IMG/VR virus record: IMGVR_UViG_3300048793_000046
DNA: 64,000 nt
Source: a virus
Lineage: Duplodnaviria; Heunggongvirae; Uroviricota; Caudoviricetes
Direction: 5' to 3' (one strand)
Notes under the pieces: generated by a model
Seen by the model: only the letters and a program-made list of their open reading frames with translations
Databases searched by the model: none
Told to the model about the DNA's origin: nothing
Shown here: positions 46,082 through 56,479 of the stretch, piece by piece
How the letters are laid out: the number at the start of each line of letters is the position of its first letter
Numbering within the stretch: position 1 is the first letter of the stretch
Made by a program: the position numbers and the translations under genes

Positions 46082-46591
46082 TTAACCGAACTCGTCTTCG
46101 GGCTCCGCAGCGGTAGCCGTCTGACCGCCCTCGCCCCGGAGAAGAACCTGACAGGCTTCGAAGACCGCGTCGTATTTCTCGGGTTTGAGAGCGTCGCACC
46201 GTTCGACGCCGCCGCCGTCATCCAGCAGGATATCCTTGGCATCTTGCCTGCCGACATCGGCGGCAACCTTGCGGATCATCTCGCGGACCTGATCAAGGGT
46301 GTGCTTGCCGCCCTTGGCTTTGGTGCTTCCAGCAGGACCGCCGGATGCGGGTGCGCCGCCGCCGGTCTTCCCAGCGGCGACCTTGGCAGCCGCCTCAGCC
46401 GTGGCCCGGGCCTTGGCCTTCGCATCGATAACCGCCTTATTGTCGCCGCCGGGCGCGGTAGCTCCAGTGGCAGCGGGTCTTGAAGTGGCACCGGGAGTGG
46501 CGGCACCGCCACCGCCCTTGGTGAGCGCAGCGTGAATGTCGCCGAGCTTCTTTGAGATTTCAGTGAGCAGTGCATCGGACATGGGGGACAA
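46082..46591 (-). CDS. Ala/Gly/Lys-rich low-complexity protein with structured C-terminal domain
   Basis: ORF only. Confidence 0.4.
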   Translation of the reverse strand: MSPMSDALLTEISKKLGDIHAALTKGGGGAATPGATSRPAATGATAPGGDNKAVIDAKAKARATAEAAAKVAAGKTGGGAPASGGPAGSTKAKGGKHTLDQVREMIRKVAADVGRQDAKDILLDDGGGVERCDALKPEKYDAVFEACQVLLRGEGGQTATAAEPEDEFG

Positions 46592-46663
46592 CTCCGTAAG
46601 GTTAATGTGGTGCGGTCCTACCCGCCTGACAGCGCGCTGTCAAGCGGGTTTAGGAAACCATTT

Positions 46664-46930
46664 TCAGACGCGAAGCGGAGCGCCGTAAAGCTCCATCGCG
46701 GCGACGCCGAGTGCGGCCACCTTGCGGATGTCGTCGAGACATTTCGAGCCGCCGTCTGGCGTGTACCACGTCTCGCGGGCGCGATTGAGACATCGCTCCA
46801 TGCAGAGAATGTATTCGCCCGGCGTCATGTCCGGCATGCCTTCGTGCCGCTTCGCGTTGCCGCGACCGGCATCTTGATACGCCCGCTCGCTATCGACGGC
46901 GGCGTAAACTTCTTGACGTGTGGCACTCAT
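46664..46930 (-). CDS. hypothetical protein (88 aa)
   Basis: ORF only. Confidence 0.35.
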   Translation of the reverse strand: MSATRQEVYAAVDSERAYQDAGRGNAKRHEGMPDMTPGEYILCMERCLNRARETWYTPDGGSKCLDDIRKVAALGVAAMELYGAPLRV

Positions 46931-47159
46931 GGGGTATCTCCTGTTAGTGCGAACAACAGTCGCACGGCGCGGTTCAATCTTCGGTCCTGACCACCACCGC
47001 GATGAACCGATTTGCGGTAGCGTTTTTCTGTCTCGCGCTTCTGTTCGGGATGCGCCCTTATGTAGACACGCTGCCGAAACCGAAGGCGCTTAGCGCTGCA
47101 TTCGGGCGAGCATGTTTTCCAATTCCGTTTAGGGGCGAACTCTTTCCCGCACGCGCAGA

Positions 47160-47537
47160 TCACGAGGGGACGATCCAGCGGGTCTCGGCGACCGGCAGTT
47201 GAACGGCCTTGAGGGCTTCGACATACGCGCGGCCCCTGTCGGTCGCCTTGTATGCCCAGCCCGGCCACTCTTCGCGCTGCTCGCGGGTCGGGCGCTCGAT
47301 CAATTCGTCAGCGAGCAATTGCTTGACGAATTTCGTATAGGCCGGGGAGATGCGGGACTGCTCAGGGGTATACGGACCGACCGTGGTCGCGAAGTGGATC
47401 ATCATATCAATCTTCATCGCGGTGGAATAATACGGTTTCGGTAGCGGCTCTCCGACCATGAGGATCATGTCAGTGATCAGTTGAGCGGCAGCGTGTGCAG
47501 AGTGTTGCATGTGGGCTCTCTCGATTAGGGGACACAC
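47160..47537 (-). CDS. hypothetical protein (125 aa)
   Basis: ORF only. Confidence 0.35.
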   Translation of the reverse strand: MCPLIERAHMQHSAHAAAQLITDMILMVGEPLPKPYYSTAMKIDMMIHFATTVGPYTPEQSRISPAYTKFVKQLLADELIERPTREQREEWPGWAYKATDRGRAYVEALKAVQLPVAETRWIVPS

Positions 47538-47647
47538 TATCGGCGGTATACCCCGGGCGTCAGATTGTCAAGGGGCTCAAGGGGCTTGCCATAGTTAACG
47601 GGCTCTGCTAGGGAAACATCGTCCCCGCCCTTCTCCGAAAGGTCCTC

Positions 47648-49978
47648 ATGCCTATTCGCAAGCGAACACTCGCCCTCGCGCGGGATTATGTTGACCGGCA
47701 TTTTTACGTCCGCAAACTCTTCCCAATCAAGCCGGGCGCAAAGTTTCCACCGTTGATCAAAGACAATCTTGCGAAGGCGTCGAGTGACCCCGCGCAGCTT
47801 GAAGCATGGGAGGCGATGTGGCCGGGCTGTAACTGGGGCCTCTCACATTCCGTCTCTAACGTGATGGGTGTGGACGTTGACACCAATCCAACCAAAGGCA
47901 AGATCGGTCAAGAGACATACGACACGCTCGACATGCTATATGGCTGGCCCGAGACTGAGATGACGACGACGCCTTCGGGCGGCTTCCACAAAATTTATGA
48001 GTGCTTACCCGGGCAGCCGCACATCATGGCGCTCGGCGAGCACGGCATCGGCAAGGACATCGACAGCCCGAACTACACGTTGATCCCCGGTTGCACATTC
48101 GATGACGGCACCGAATACGTCGGCAACGGTCTCGACGCCACTCTCTGTCCGCAGTGGGTGTACGACACCATCAAAAATTCGAAAGCGAAAGCGCGTATCA
48201 CGGACGCAGGCGACGTTGTTGTCGAGCTTGATCAGGAACGCAACATCGCGACTGCAATCGATTTCCTGCTCAACGATGCCGAGCCATCTATTCAAGGTTC
48301 AGGCGGCGACTACAATCTACTCAAGACCGCTTACTACCTGAAAGACATCGGCATCTCGCAACAGTTGGGTGCCGATCTTCTCAACGAGTATTTCAATCCG
48401 CGCTGCGAACCACCGTGGGATATGGATGATCTCGTCAAGAAGATGGTCGGAGCGTACAGCTACGCGAACCTCTCGAAGGTCGGCGGCAAGACAGCCGAGG
48501 CCGACTTCGCTGACGAGGTGGAAGAGCCGATTGTGCCGATGGGTACATGGGACAAAGTGGCGAAGAAATATGTTCTCAACACGAAGAAAGTTAAACGCGA
48601 AAAGCGCGACCGCGAGAAAGACCGCAAGCGCGAGGCGAAGAAGCCTGTCGATACGGAAGCTGCAAAGACCAAAGAGAAGGTCATTGAGCAGTGGGTCTGG
48701 ATAGCGGGCATGAAACGGTTTATCAATACGCGCGACCCGAAGGGCGCGAACGAGCGCGATACTTGGGACACAAAATCCTTTGACAGCAAATTCAACGACA
48801 TCATCTGTCCGAAGCGCGGCAGCGCGTCAGACATTCTCTTTCGTCAAAAGACTGGCGGCGTCTCGAAATACTATCGCGTCGGGTTCAAGCCGGGACAGCC
48901 GCAGATAATTGACAACGGGCAAGCGTTCAATATGTATCGCGAGCCGGACATCGCGCCCGCTGAGGGCGACATCTCGTGGTGGAATGAGCATCTCGAATAT
49001 CTCTTCCCGGAGCAGGAGTACCGCGACCATCTCTTGAATTGGATGGCTTGGCTTCTACAGAACCTCACCAAGAAACCGAAGCACGCTTTGATTATTCAGG
49101 GCGAGGTGAACGGCACAGGCAAGAGCTTCATCGGCTGGGTTCTAACGGCTATTCTTCATCAAGCCAATGTCTCTCGCGTGCCGCAGAACGGTCTCTCAGG
49201 CCGGTTCAATAGCTGGGCGCTCCAGTGCAAGCTCATCGTGATTGAAGAGTTGCGCGCCTCTGACCGGGCTGCGGTCAAGGAAGCGCTCCACGACATCATC
49301 ACTGAGGATGTGATCAGCGTCGAGAAGAAGGGCGTGGATCAGATCAAGGTCGAAACCTGTTTCGGTGTGATGGCCTTCACCAATAACGACGCGGCGCTTC
49401 AACTCGACAATACCGACCGCCGTTATCTCGTTGTCCGTACCGACGTGACACCGCGCGACCCCGGATATTATATCCGGTTGTTCGACAAGCTCAATGATCC
49501 GGCAGCGATGGCCGCCGTGATGTACTCGCTCGTGAACCGCGATCTCAAGGGTTACAGTGGGCAGCAAGCCGCTCCGATGACCGCTGCGAAAGCGGACATG
49601 AAAGAAGCTGGCATGAGCGACCTTGATCATCACCTAGCCGACAGTCAAGACAAGTGGCCGCTCAATGGCCGGGTTGTCTGCATCGACGATATTATTCTGG
49701 ACCTTCCGAAACGCCTAGAGAGCAAGAGCACGCGACTTGTCACCACTATCAAGGCGTTCCTAAAACGCAATGGCGCAATCGAGCTTGGTCAGTGCACAAC
49801 GCCAAAAGGCGCGCGTCCGCGTCTATACGCGATGGGGCCGCAAGCGCTCTTCATCGAAAAGCAGACCCGAAGTTTTGCAGGCAAGCTCTATGAGAATGAT
49901 AACGCACAGGCCAAGAAAAATCTGCCGCTTGACGATCTCGACGCGAGCGATGAGTTCGGCGAACCTGAACCCTCTTGA
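47648..49978 (+). CDS. bifunctional primase-polymerase (Prim-Pol) / D5-like SF3 helicase
   Basis: N-terminal Prim-Pol-like region; Walker A GEVNGTGKSF and Walker B LIVIEEL in the C-terminal half; 776 aa. Confidence 0.7.
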   Translation: MPIRKRTLALARDYVDRHFYVRKLFPIKPGAKFPPLIKDNLAKASSDPAQLEAWEAMWPGCNWGLSHSVSNVMGVDVDTNPTKGKIGQETYDTLDMLYGWPETEMTTTPSGGFHKIYECLPGQPHIMALGEHGIGKDIDSPNYTLIPGCTFDDGTEYVGNGLDATLCPQWVYDTIKNSKAKARITDAGDVVVELDQERNIATAIDFLLNDAEPSIQGSGGDYNLLKTAYYLKDIGISQQLGADLLNEYFNPRCEPPWDMDDLVKKMVGAYSYANLSKVGGKTAEADFADEVEEPIVPMGTWDKVAKKYVLNTKKVKREKRDREKDRKREAKKPVDTEAAKTKEKVIEQWVWIAGMKRFINTRDPKGANERDTWDTKSFDSKFNDIICPKRGSASDILFRQKTGGVSKYYRVGFKPGQPQIIDNGQAFNMYREPDIAPAEGDISWWNEHLEYLFPEQEYRDHLLNWMAWLLQNLTKKPKHALIIQGEVNGTGKSFIGWVLTAILHQANVSRVPQNGLSGRFNSWALQCKLIVIEELRASDRAAVKEALHDIITEDVISVEKKGVDQIKVETCFGVMAFTNNDAALQLDNTDRRYLVVRTDVTPRDPGYYIRLFDKLNDPAAMAAVMYSLVNRDLKGYSGQQAAPMTAAKADMKEAGMSDLDHHLADSQDKWPLNGRVVCIDDIILDLPKRLESKSTRLVTTIKAFLKRNGAIELGQCTTPKGARPRLYAMGPQALFIEKQTRSFAGKLYENDNAQAKKNLPLDDLDASDEFGEPEPS

Positions 49979-50444
49979 CATCATAGTCGGTCAGCGTAAG
50001 ATCGCGAGGCTGACACATCGGACAAGGCTTTGGCCACGTGAAATTCGTGGATAGGCGGCGAGTGGATGACCAGTCAGTGACGGTTCTGAATGATACGACG
50101 GACTGCGGTCAGACCCGGGGGCAGTACCCGGCACCTCCACCATGGTCGGCGCGAAGTGACATGGATGTCATTCGCCATAGAGCGAGCTACCCAGCGTGGA
50201 GCACGCGCCGACTTTGACGGGGGTGAAACAGGATCGATGGACGCTCGGAAAGTCGTAAAGTGAACTCGGTATTGTTCCGCCGTTATCGGGCTACAAACTA
50301 AATGTGAACGACAACGTTCCCATGAACGAAATGCGCCTCGCGGCGTAAGTAGTTCGGGGCCGGTCACCTAGCAACAGAACGACCAAACGAAACGCCCGGG
50401 CAGTGATGCCCGGGCGTTTTTGTTTTTCAGTTGGCCGCCGAGAT

Positions 50445-51116
50445 TTACTTCGCAGGGGCCAGTGTCTTGCTCACCCAATCGCTGATGCTGGATGGAAGCC
50501 ACCATAGCGAGACGCTAGACGGGACAGCACCGTTCCACTTGTTAGCGACGGTGCGAGTACCCTCCGCCGTGGCAAGGGCCTGTAGGGTCCCCGTATGGGG
50601 TGCCAGCCACGTCGCGACGGCAAGGTCTTGCGACGCGATGTAGCGCCGGTCGATTGACGCTTGCACAGCCTTGTCGAACTCGAACGTGTCGGCCCATCCG
50701 ATGAAGTCGAGCGTGATCCCGACTGTCCCCATATAGGCTTCAACATTCTTCTGGATATTGGCCATGGTCAACGCCGCTTCCGCGTTGTTCTTGTCGAGCG
50801 AACGCGAAGTCAACTCGTTGCATACGAGCGACTGTATGCGAGAGCGGACGGGGCCATCCATGACCTGTGAAAGCGACTTGCCATACTGGACCGACTGGAA
50901 AATCACCTCCGGAGCATTACGGTCCCCGGCAGGCGGATTGACGCCGAACCGGAACAGGAATTTCGGTGCGTTGTCTTCATCGACCGATGCACCAACAGCA
51001 ATCCCGACCGTGATGTCGAGCCCTTCGGACGACTGACACGGGAAGGACTGATCGGACTTGTCAGTGCCGCGATGCGGTGCCTTCACCCACTCGCGAGATA
51101 CCGGCGTGCGGTCCAC
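50445..51116 (-). CDS. hypothetical protein (223 aa), possibly SPFH/band-7-like
   Basis: weak overall resemblance only. Confidence 0.3.
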   Translation of the reverse strand: MDRTPVSREWVKAPHRGTDKSDQSFPCQSSEGLDITVGIAVGASVDEDNAPKFLFRFGVNPPAGDRNAPEVIFQSVQYGKSLSQVMDGPVRSRIQSLVCNELTSRSLDKNNAEAALTMANIQKNVEAYMGTVGITLDFIGWADTFEFDKAVQASIDRRYIASQDLAVATWLAPHTGTLQALATAEGTRTVANKWNGAVPSSVSLWWLPSSISDWVSKTLAPAK

Positions 51117-51468
51117 GACGATAAGACGGCCTGCCGGAACATAGAAGTCTGACCACGCGCCAGAATTGCTAAGCTTGGCATGCGGGATTTCAAAACGCTT
51201 CGCCGCGATCGCCGCGCATCTTGTCCATATCGAAATGATTGGAGACGATCATCGTGTGACGATGGAGCAACGGCCTCGGCGGGAAGTCAAGCTCGACTTC
51301 GAGCCAGTTCATCCGCGCATGCCGACCAAGGAAGGCGACGCATCTCAGTGTCTCTTGCATCGAAACCGCTCCATTGCATTGTTGATCCGGCGAGAGTGCT
51401 CTATCTGCTTGCGCGCCTTGGGGAGACGCCACACAGACCGTAGCGCCTTGCGTTGCTTCTTGTTGACT

Positions 51469-51855
51469 TTATTCACGCCAGCGCCTCTTCATTTTGTTGT
51501 ATCCTTGATCGCCCACATCACTCATGAACGCACCGCCGCCGACATGGTCGATGACGCGCGGAGTTTTGCGTTTACGCTTGCGCGGTATCACAACCGGCTT
51601 GCGCGCGGCATCATCGAACAGCTTGGCGAGTGCAGTCTGGAGCGCGAATGTGTTGGCGTTGAATGTCGCCAGCCGCACATTGTACTCGCACAGATAGATG
51701 CCGACCCGCTTGTCCTTGCCGGTCCTGATCTCGTATTGATCCCAGTCGATGGCTTTGGCGCGGCCTGCGTAGGGTGCTTTGCAACTTTTGCATTGCACCT
51801 TGCATGTCGGGCCGCTGAACTCTTCGCTCTCGCATGGGAAGCTAGACAGCGCCAT
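51469..51855 (-). CDS. zinc-ribbon-containing hypothetical protein (about 128 aa)
   Basis: start trimmed to MALSSFPCE; CKVQCKSCK motif. Confidence 0.3.
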   Translation of the reverse strand: MALSSFPCESEEFSGPTCKVQCKSCKAPYAGRAKAIDWDQYEIRTGKDKRVGIYLCEYNVRLATFNANTFALQTALAKLFDDAARKPVVIPRKRKRKTPRVIDHVGGGAFMSDVGDQGYNKMKRRWRE

Positions 51856-52323
51856 CGGAGCCGCTCCAGTCGCCGTAGAGTTTCGGGGGTAGCGCCTTGG
51901 CCGCCACGGTGGCCGCCTGTCGCTTTGTGACCGCCGCCGCCACTCCAGCGCGGTCGCGCAGCGCGCGAGACAGGAGAGCCCGGGGCGTGGCTGTACAGCC
52001 GCTCGGGCCAGAGCCGGACTGTCGCCCAACACCGCCGCGCTTGATCCACACGAACCGCAGATGCTTCAACTGGCCGCCAATCAGCGGCTCATTCCATGCA
52101 GCCTGTCGGCGCATGCTACTTAGTGCTGTTACTCCGCCGCGCCCGCGCATTTTCAAATCCCTTTCGCCATGCCCGCCAGAATGCGCGAGCCCACGTTACC
52201 CCACCGAACCACGTTCGTTGATCCCCGTAGGGGTTGCCCGCGTGATAGTCCTTGCCGTCATAAAATGCTTTCGCACCTTTATCTTCGGCACCACCGAGCG
52301 CCCCACGACCGCGCTTCTTCACA

Positions 52324-52617
52324 TCACATCCCCCACGCGAGCCAGTGCCACACCGCACCAAAGCCCAGCATCGTGAGTGGCCACAATATCGATGCGATAA
52401 TAACCTCCGCGTCGTTCTCTTTGACTAAGCGAGGGCGAGGCCACGCGGCGTGAATAACGAACATCACACCCACGGCTGCATAGATTGTCGGAGGCGGCAG
52501 ATTGGGCGACAACGGAGTGACGAACCACTCCCAGAGCCGAACTACAACGTAGCCGCGAAGATACGTGATCGGAGCCCAGAGAGCTAACCCAATCAAAAAG
52601 GTCCACATCGCTTTCAT
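52324..52617 (-). CDS. small membrane protein (97 aa)
   Basis: hydrophobic segments. Confidence 0.35.
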   Translation of the reverse strand: MKAMWTFLIGLALWAPITYLRGYVVVRLWEWFVTPLSPNLPPPTIYAAVGVMFVIHAAWPRPRLVKENDAEVIIASILWPLTMLGFGAVWHWLAWGM

Positions 52618-52934
52618 CCCATCAAATCCTCATCATGATCCGCATCCCATATTGCTTTCAGCACGCGCGCCTCCAGCTTTTTCGTATTGACGCGGCGAGC
52701 AGCGGCTAAGCTGGTGTCTGGATCATCTTCGCGCGAATGCGCTTGGCTTGTGCCGGTCAAATCACGCTGTAGCGCGTAATGTACCTGTTGACCGTCACGC
52801 TTGATCACCGCGCCATGGGTGATCAAAATCGCAATCAATCCTTTCTCCCGCAATGGCTTAAAGCGGGGCGACACACTGCGATAATCCAAGCCGGTAGCTG
52901 CACACGTCTCGTTGGCTGTCAGTCCACGCATCAC
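52614..52934 (-). CDS. possible HTH/winged-helix DNA-binding protein (106 aa)
   Basis: TCAATGLDYRSVSPRFKPLREKGLI helix-turn-helix-like segment. Confidence 0.3.
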   Translation of the reverse strand: MMRGLTANETCAATGLDYRSVSPRFKPLREKGLIAILITHGAVIKRDGQQVHYALQRDLTGTSQAHSREDDPDTSLAAARRVNTKKLEARVLKAIWDADHDEDLMG

Positions 52935-53335
52935 ATCAAATCCTCAAAGTTGTCTTTGTCTGGAAGCTCAGCAAACCGCATGCGCTGATCGCCGATCTCG
53001 TCTGGATACACCGGAGCGCTGATGCAGTAAAGCAGAAAATCGGGCTCACTGATCAGCGCCTTCACCAATGCAGCACACCGCGCCCGCTCGTCATCGATAT
53101 ATTCCTGTATGAGACGAGCGGGCTCGAATTGCTGAGCGGGCACCCGGTTCATTTGCGTTTCCTTTTGAGACGCGCAGACTTCTCGGCATTGTAGGTTGCT
53201 TTGCAGATGTCTTCGCCCTTCTTGAGCACGAAGCTGTTCAACCGGAGCCGCGCAACGATGCGTTCGCCGTTGTTCTTCGATCCTGTCTTATCGACTAGAT
53301 CGAAAAACTTCACGCGGTCGGCTCCAGTGAGTTGA

Positions 53336-54052
53336 TCAGCCATTGTTCCAGTGGCTCCATACTTGCCACGCTTGCACGATGCAATCGTACACGGGCTCAT
53401 GCGGCACGCCCGTCCCGGGCGGATCGACATCGCCGATAGGTGCGATGCGCGTCGCTGGCGTCTCGCGCACAAACGTCCGCATGTCGCGCGGCGCTTGATA
53501 GTGCCAAAGATCGGGCTGCCCGTCCTCGCCTAATTGTCGATTGAGTTCGACGAGATTAGACAGATCGAATTGATTACCATTCGCCCAGACGCGAGATTTT
53601 CCGTCACAGAACATCTGAACCATACGACATACGGAAGCAAGGTTCGTGCGTCCGGTGTCGGCGTCCATCCAATGAGCTTGAGCTTCGCGCTTTTGGCCTT
53701 TCCACCACGCTTGCGTGCCAACACTGACTTCGCGACCGAGCAAGAGTTGCTGTTCGATATTGGGCAGGATGAGTGACCGCGCGCCGACCTTCAATAGCCC
53801 AACGCCTGCCTGCTCTTGCGCGCCAGTCGGATCGAACTCAATCATGCCGATGGAAAGAATGAGCGCATTGTTGGGGCTCAGCGACATGGTTTCGATATCG
53901 ATCATCACATGATCGAACTCGGGCGCTTTGATATCAGAAAGGGATGTCGTCGCCATTATCAATCCTCGGGCGCTGATGGCTCTCGGCGCGGCGTCGCACG
54001 ATAGCGATGCTGGACGAAAAGCCGGGGACCATATCATTGTAGGTCGCGTCAA
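53336..54052 (-). CDS. DEDD-family 3'-5' exonuclease (DnaQ-like)
   Basis: Exo I HVMIDIETMSL, later acidic motifs consistent with the DEDD fold. Confidence 0.5.
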   Translation of the reverse strand: MTRPTMIWSPAFRPASLSCDAAPRAISARGLIMATTSLSDIKAPEFDHVMIDIETMSLSPNNALILSIGMIEFDPTGAQEQAGVGLLKVGARSLILPNIEQQLLLGREVSVGTQAWWKGQKREAQAHWMDADTGRTNLASVCRMVQMFCDGKSRVWANGNQFDLSNLVELNRQLGEDGQPDLWHYQAPRDMRTFVRETPATRIAPIGDVDPPGTGVPHEPVYDCIVQAWQVWSHWNNG

Positions 54053-54404
54053 CTCTCGTGATCGTATAGCCCCAGAGCGCGGCGGATGTCAACCATCGTC
54101 TGGCGGTTGCGCTGTCCAGTGTGTCGATGCCGACTGTATCTTTCTTTGTCCAGTCATAGTGAGACAGCGGACAGGCTTTGAGCCCGGGCGGCCTGATGTC
54201 ATGATCGATTGCGAACCGATAGGGCTTATCACCAAGCTCCATGCATCGGTCGGCGATCATCATCGCCACCTGTCGGTCAACGAACTCAGGCGTCACAGCC
54301 AACAGCTTTTGAGCTATTGATTTTGTGTGCATGCCCTTCAACATTGGCCGCGCTCGCATGCCCGCCATGAACCGCAATCCATGGGCGCTGGACATTTTGG
54401 ACAA
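53934..54404 (-). CDS. hypothetical protein (156 aa)
   Basis: ORF only. Confidence 0.3.
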   Translation of the reverse strand: MSKMSSAHGLRFMAGMRARPMLKGMHTKSIAQKLLAVTPEFVDRQVAMMIADRCMELGDKPYRFAIDHDIRPPGLKACPLSHYDWTKKDTVGIDTLDSATARRWLTSAALWGYTITRVDATYNDMVPGFSSSIAIVRRRAESHQRPRIDNGDDIPF

Positions 54405-54871
54405 GGTGTCCAGTGATCAAGCGGCACTCCGCCGGGCATGCGACGCAACAGATCAGCCGCTTGCTCCGGTGTCAGCGCTTGCTGCATCAGATTGATTTTC
54501 TCAGCCTCGCGCTCTTTGCGCTCTAGCTCGCGCGGATCATAGCCCATGCGAATGCAGTGGGCGACGGCGTCAAATGCTTTGCCTACCGCCTCCATATCAC
54601 GCGCGGCCTTCTCCCACTTATAGGCAATATGCGTGCCGCCGAACAGGCCCCGAAACGTGCCGTCCTTACGAAACTTGGCCGCGCTTTCGCGTGCGATGTC
54701 ACCACGCATCTTGCACAGAAGCGCGCAGCGTTCGGTCTCATCATCGCGAGCCCGATCAATGCCGCGCTGGTAGTCGTCTGCAAAAGGTAGCGGACCATCC
54801 GCCCATTGTTTACGGCTCATTTGCGTGCGCTCCGTTTTAGTGGCAGCATCGGACCCATGCCCTTGATCCAC
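54338..54871 (-). CDS. hypothetical protein (177 aa)
   Basis: ORF only. Confidence 0.3.
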   Translation of the reverse strand: MDQGHGSDAATKTERTQMSRKQWADGPLPFADDYQRGIDRARDDETERCALLCKMRGDIARESAAKFRKDGTFRGLFGGTHIAYKWEKAARDMEAVGKAFDAVAHCIRMGYDPRELERKEREAEKINLMQQALTPEQAADLLRRMPGGVPLDHWTPCPKCPAPMDCGSWRACERGQC

Positions 54872-55173
54872 GCCTTGACTTCGGCATCGTTGAGCAGCAA
54901 GCGAAACGTCGCCTCATCAAATGAGTGAGCGCCGTCTTCGGTCATTTCATCGGCGTGCACGATGATGCTGCCCAGCTTGCAGAGCAGGCCCGACGATGGA
55001 TTTAGAACATCATTTTTCTTCACGATACGGCTCCGGATTGTTGCATCTCTTGTCCGCGCGCAGGCACGATGCCTTCGGCAGGAACCAAAAGTCATTACCG
55101 AGTTGCTTGTGACAGTCGCAATGATAATCGTCCACGCGCTGCACCGTCTCGGGCAGATGAATGATGTTGCCAT
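54817..55173 (-). CDS. hypothetical protein (118 aa)
   Basis: ORF only. Confidence 0.3.
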   Translation of the reverse strand: MATSFICPRRCSAWTIIIATVTSNSVMTFGSCRRHRACARTRDATIRSRIVKKNDVLNPSSGLLCKLGSIIVHADEMTEDGAHSFDEATFRLLLNDAEVKAWIKGMGPMLPLKRSARK

Positions 55174-55542
55174 CGTGTGTGCGAAACTCGCGCATCACCC
55201 TGATCTCCCGTCCCGGTCCGGCGTGATGGTCTCCACAACAATGTTGCCCCGTGTCATCGTCTCAACCGCCGCTTCGAACCGTTGCAGCCAATCATCAAGG
55301 AAATTCTGATGCCGCTCCAGTGCGCCGTGGATATTCATCGCAGCACTGCTCATTGTCTCAGCCGCACGGGCCATGGTGTGGCCCGCGCTACGAACATCTT
55401 CGGCTCCGATCAATACGGGATTGCGGTCACTCATCGACGACTACTCCATGTGCTAATAACGAGCGCACTACCTCGTGGATTTCGTGTTCGAGCAACACTT
55501 TGAGATGTTCTTTCATGGAGGCTTCCAATTGCGAACTTCATG

Positions 55543-55800
55543 TTATGGTTTCCGCCGTCGCATGCTCGATGCGTCGGGCATTTCCAAGAGATCGTGAATG
55601 AGATCGTTGCCGATCATGATACTGATCGGCAGGCGAGGTGTTGCGTATGCGAGCAACTGAGTAGCAATAGCATGGTCGCCGACGCCGCGCGTTTCGATAT
55701 CAACAGTCAGCATCTCACGCTTGCGCTTCACTGATTTCAACTGTGCTCGCATGCGAGCGCCCGCGCGTCGTCGGTTCGGTCGTCGGTTGAGGCTCATCAC
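55543..55800 (-). CDS. hypothetical protein (85 aa)
   Basis: ORF only. Confidence 0.3.
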   Translation of the reverse strand: MMSLNRRPNRRRAGARMRAQLKSVKRKREMLTVDIETRGVGDHAIATQLLAYATPRLPISIMIGNDLIHDLLEMPDASSMRRRKP

Positions 55801-56111
55801 ATATCGATCCCAGTGAACCGTTCGCCGTAGTCGGCCGGAGACAAAACATCGCCCGTGCGCGCCTGCTCAATCTTGATCGCACAGTCGATCAGCGTTCGGA
55901 CTTCCTCGGAATTGAGACCATCGAAGCTGATTGCCAGATCATGATTGGGATCGTCGTGCATGGCTGGCGGCAGCTTGAGCATGCAAACCCCGATCAGCTT
56001 CGGTTTCGCAATTGAGTTTAAGTCGTCGGTCACTATCGAAGCCATTTCATTCTCCTTGCTGTACGAGCGGTACGACTTTGGCTGCGCTGCGAGCCTGCTG
56101 TAGCCGGTCAA
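55797..56111 (-). CDS. hypothetical protein (104 aa)
   Basis: ORF only. Confidence 0.3.
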   Translation of the reverse strand: MTGYSRLAAQPKSYRSYSKENEMASIVTDDLNSIAKPKLIGVCMLKLPPAMHDDPNHDLAISFDGLNSEEVRTLIDCAIKIEQARTGDVLSPADYGERFTGIDM

Positions 56112-56244
56112 GAGTGATCAGCAACTCCCCGGCCTCGTCATCAGTCAGGTTCTTGAACGCAAGCTCCAGCCGCCGCCCCGGGCCTTTGTTGGGGTCGGTC
56201 TCCGGCATCAGGTGCACCGCGTACTGGATCAGATCGATGATCAT
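56047..56244 (-). CDS. hypothetical protein (65 aa), first gene of the leftward early operon
   Basis: ORF adjacent to the divergent control region. Confidence 0.3.
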   Translation of the reverse strand: MIIDLIQYAVHLMPETDPNKGPGRRLELAFKNLTDDEAGELLITLDRLQQARSAAKVVPLVQQGE

Positions 56245-56479
56245 TTGGACTTCGATATCACCGCTCTGGGATGATTGTCAAGCTGGGCCTGTCATTTTTC
56301 GTACCCCCTGTTTTTCGTCTTCAAAATGAAAGTTGTCCCTGTGCCGCAGCGGTTCATTTTTTCAGCGCATTCATGTTTTTGCGGCATGCGAGGCTCGCAA
56401 GCTGGGGGCCGCAATTAACCTCAACTGTCGCTAACCTATTGTGTCGCGTAGCGTATTTGTGCTATGTGAGGCAAGTTGT

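Noticed and set aside
51166-51930. 254-aa plus-strand ORF
   Set aside because: Antisense to a run of minus-strand genes; Arg/Ala/Leu-rich shadow frame.
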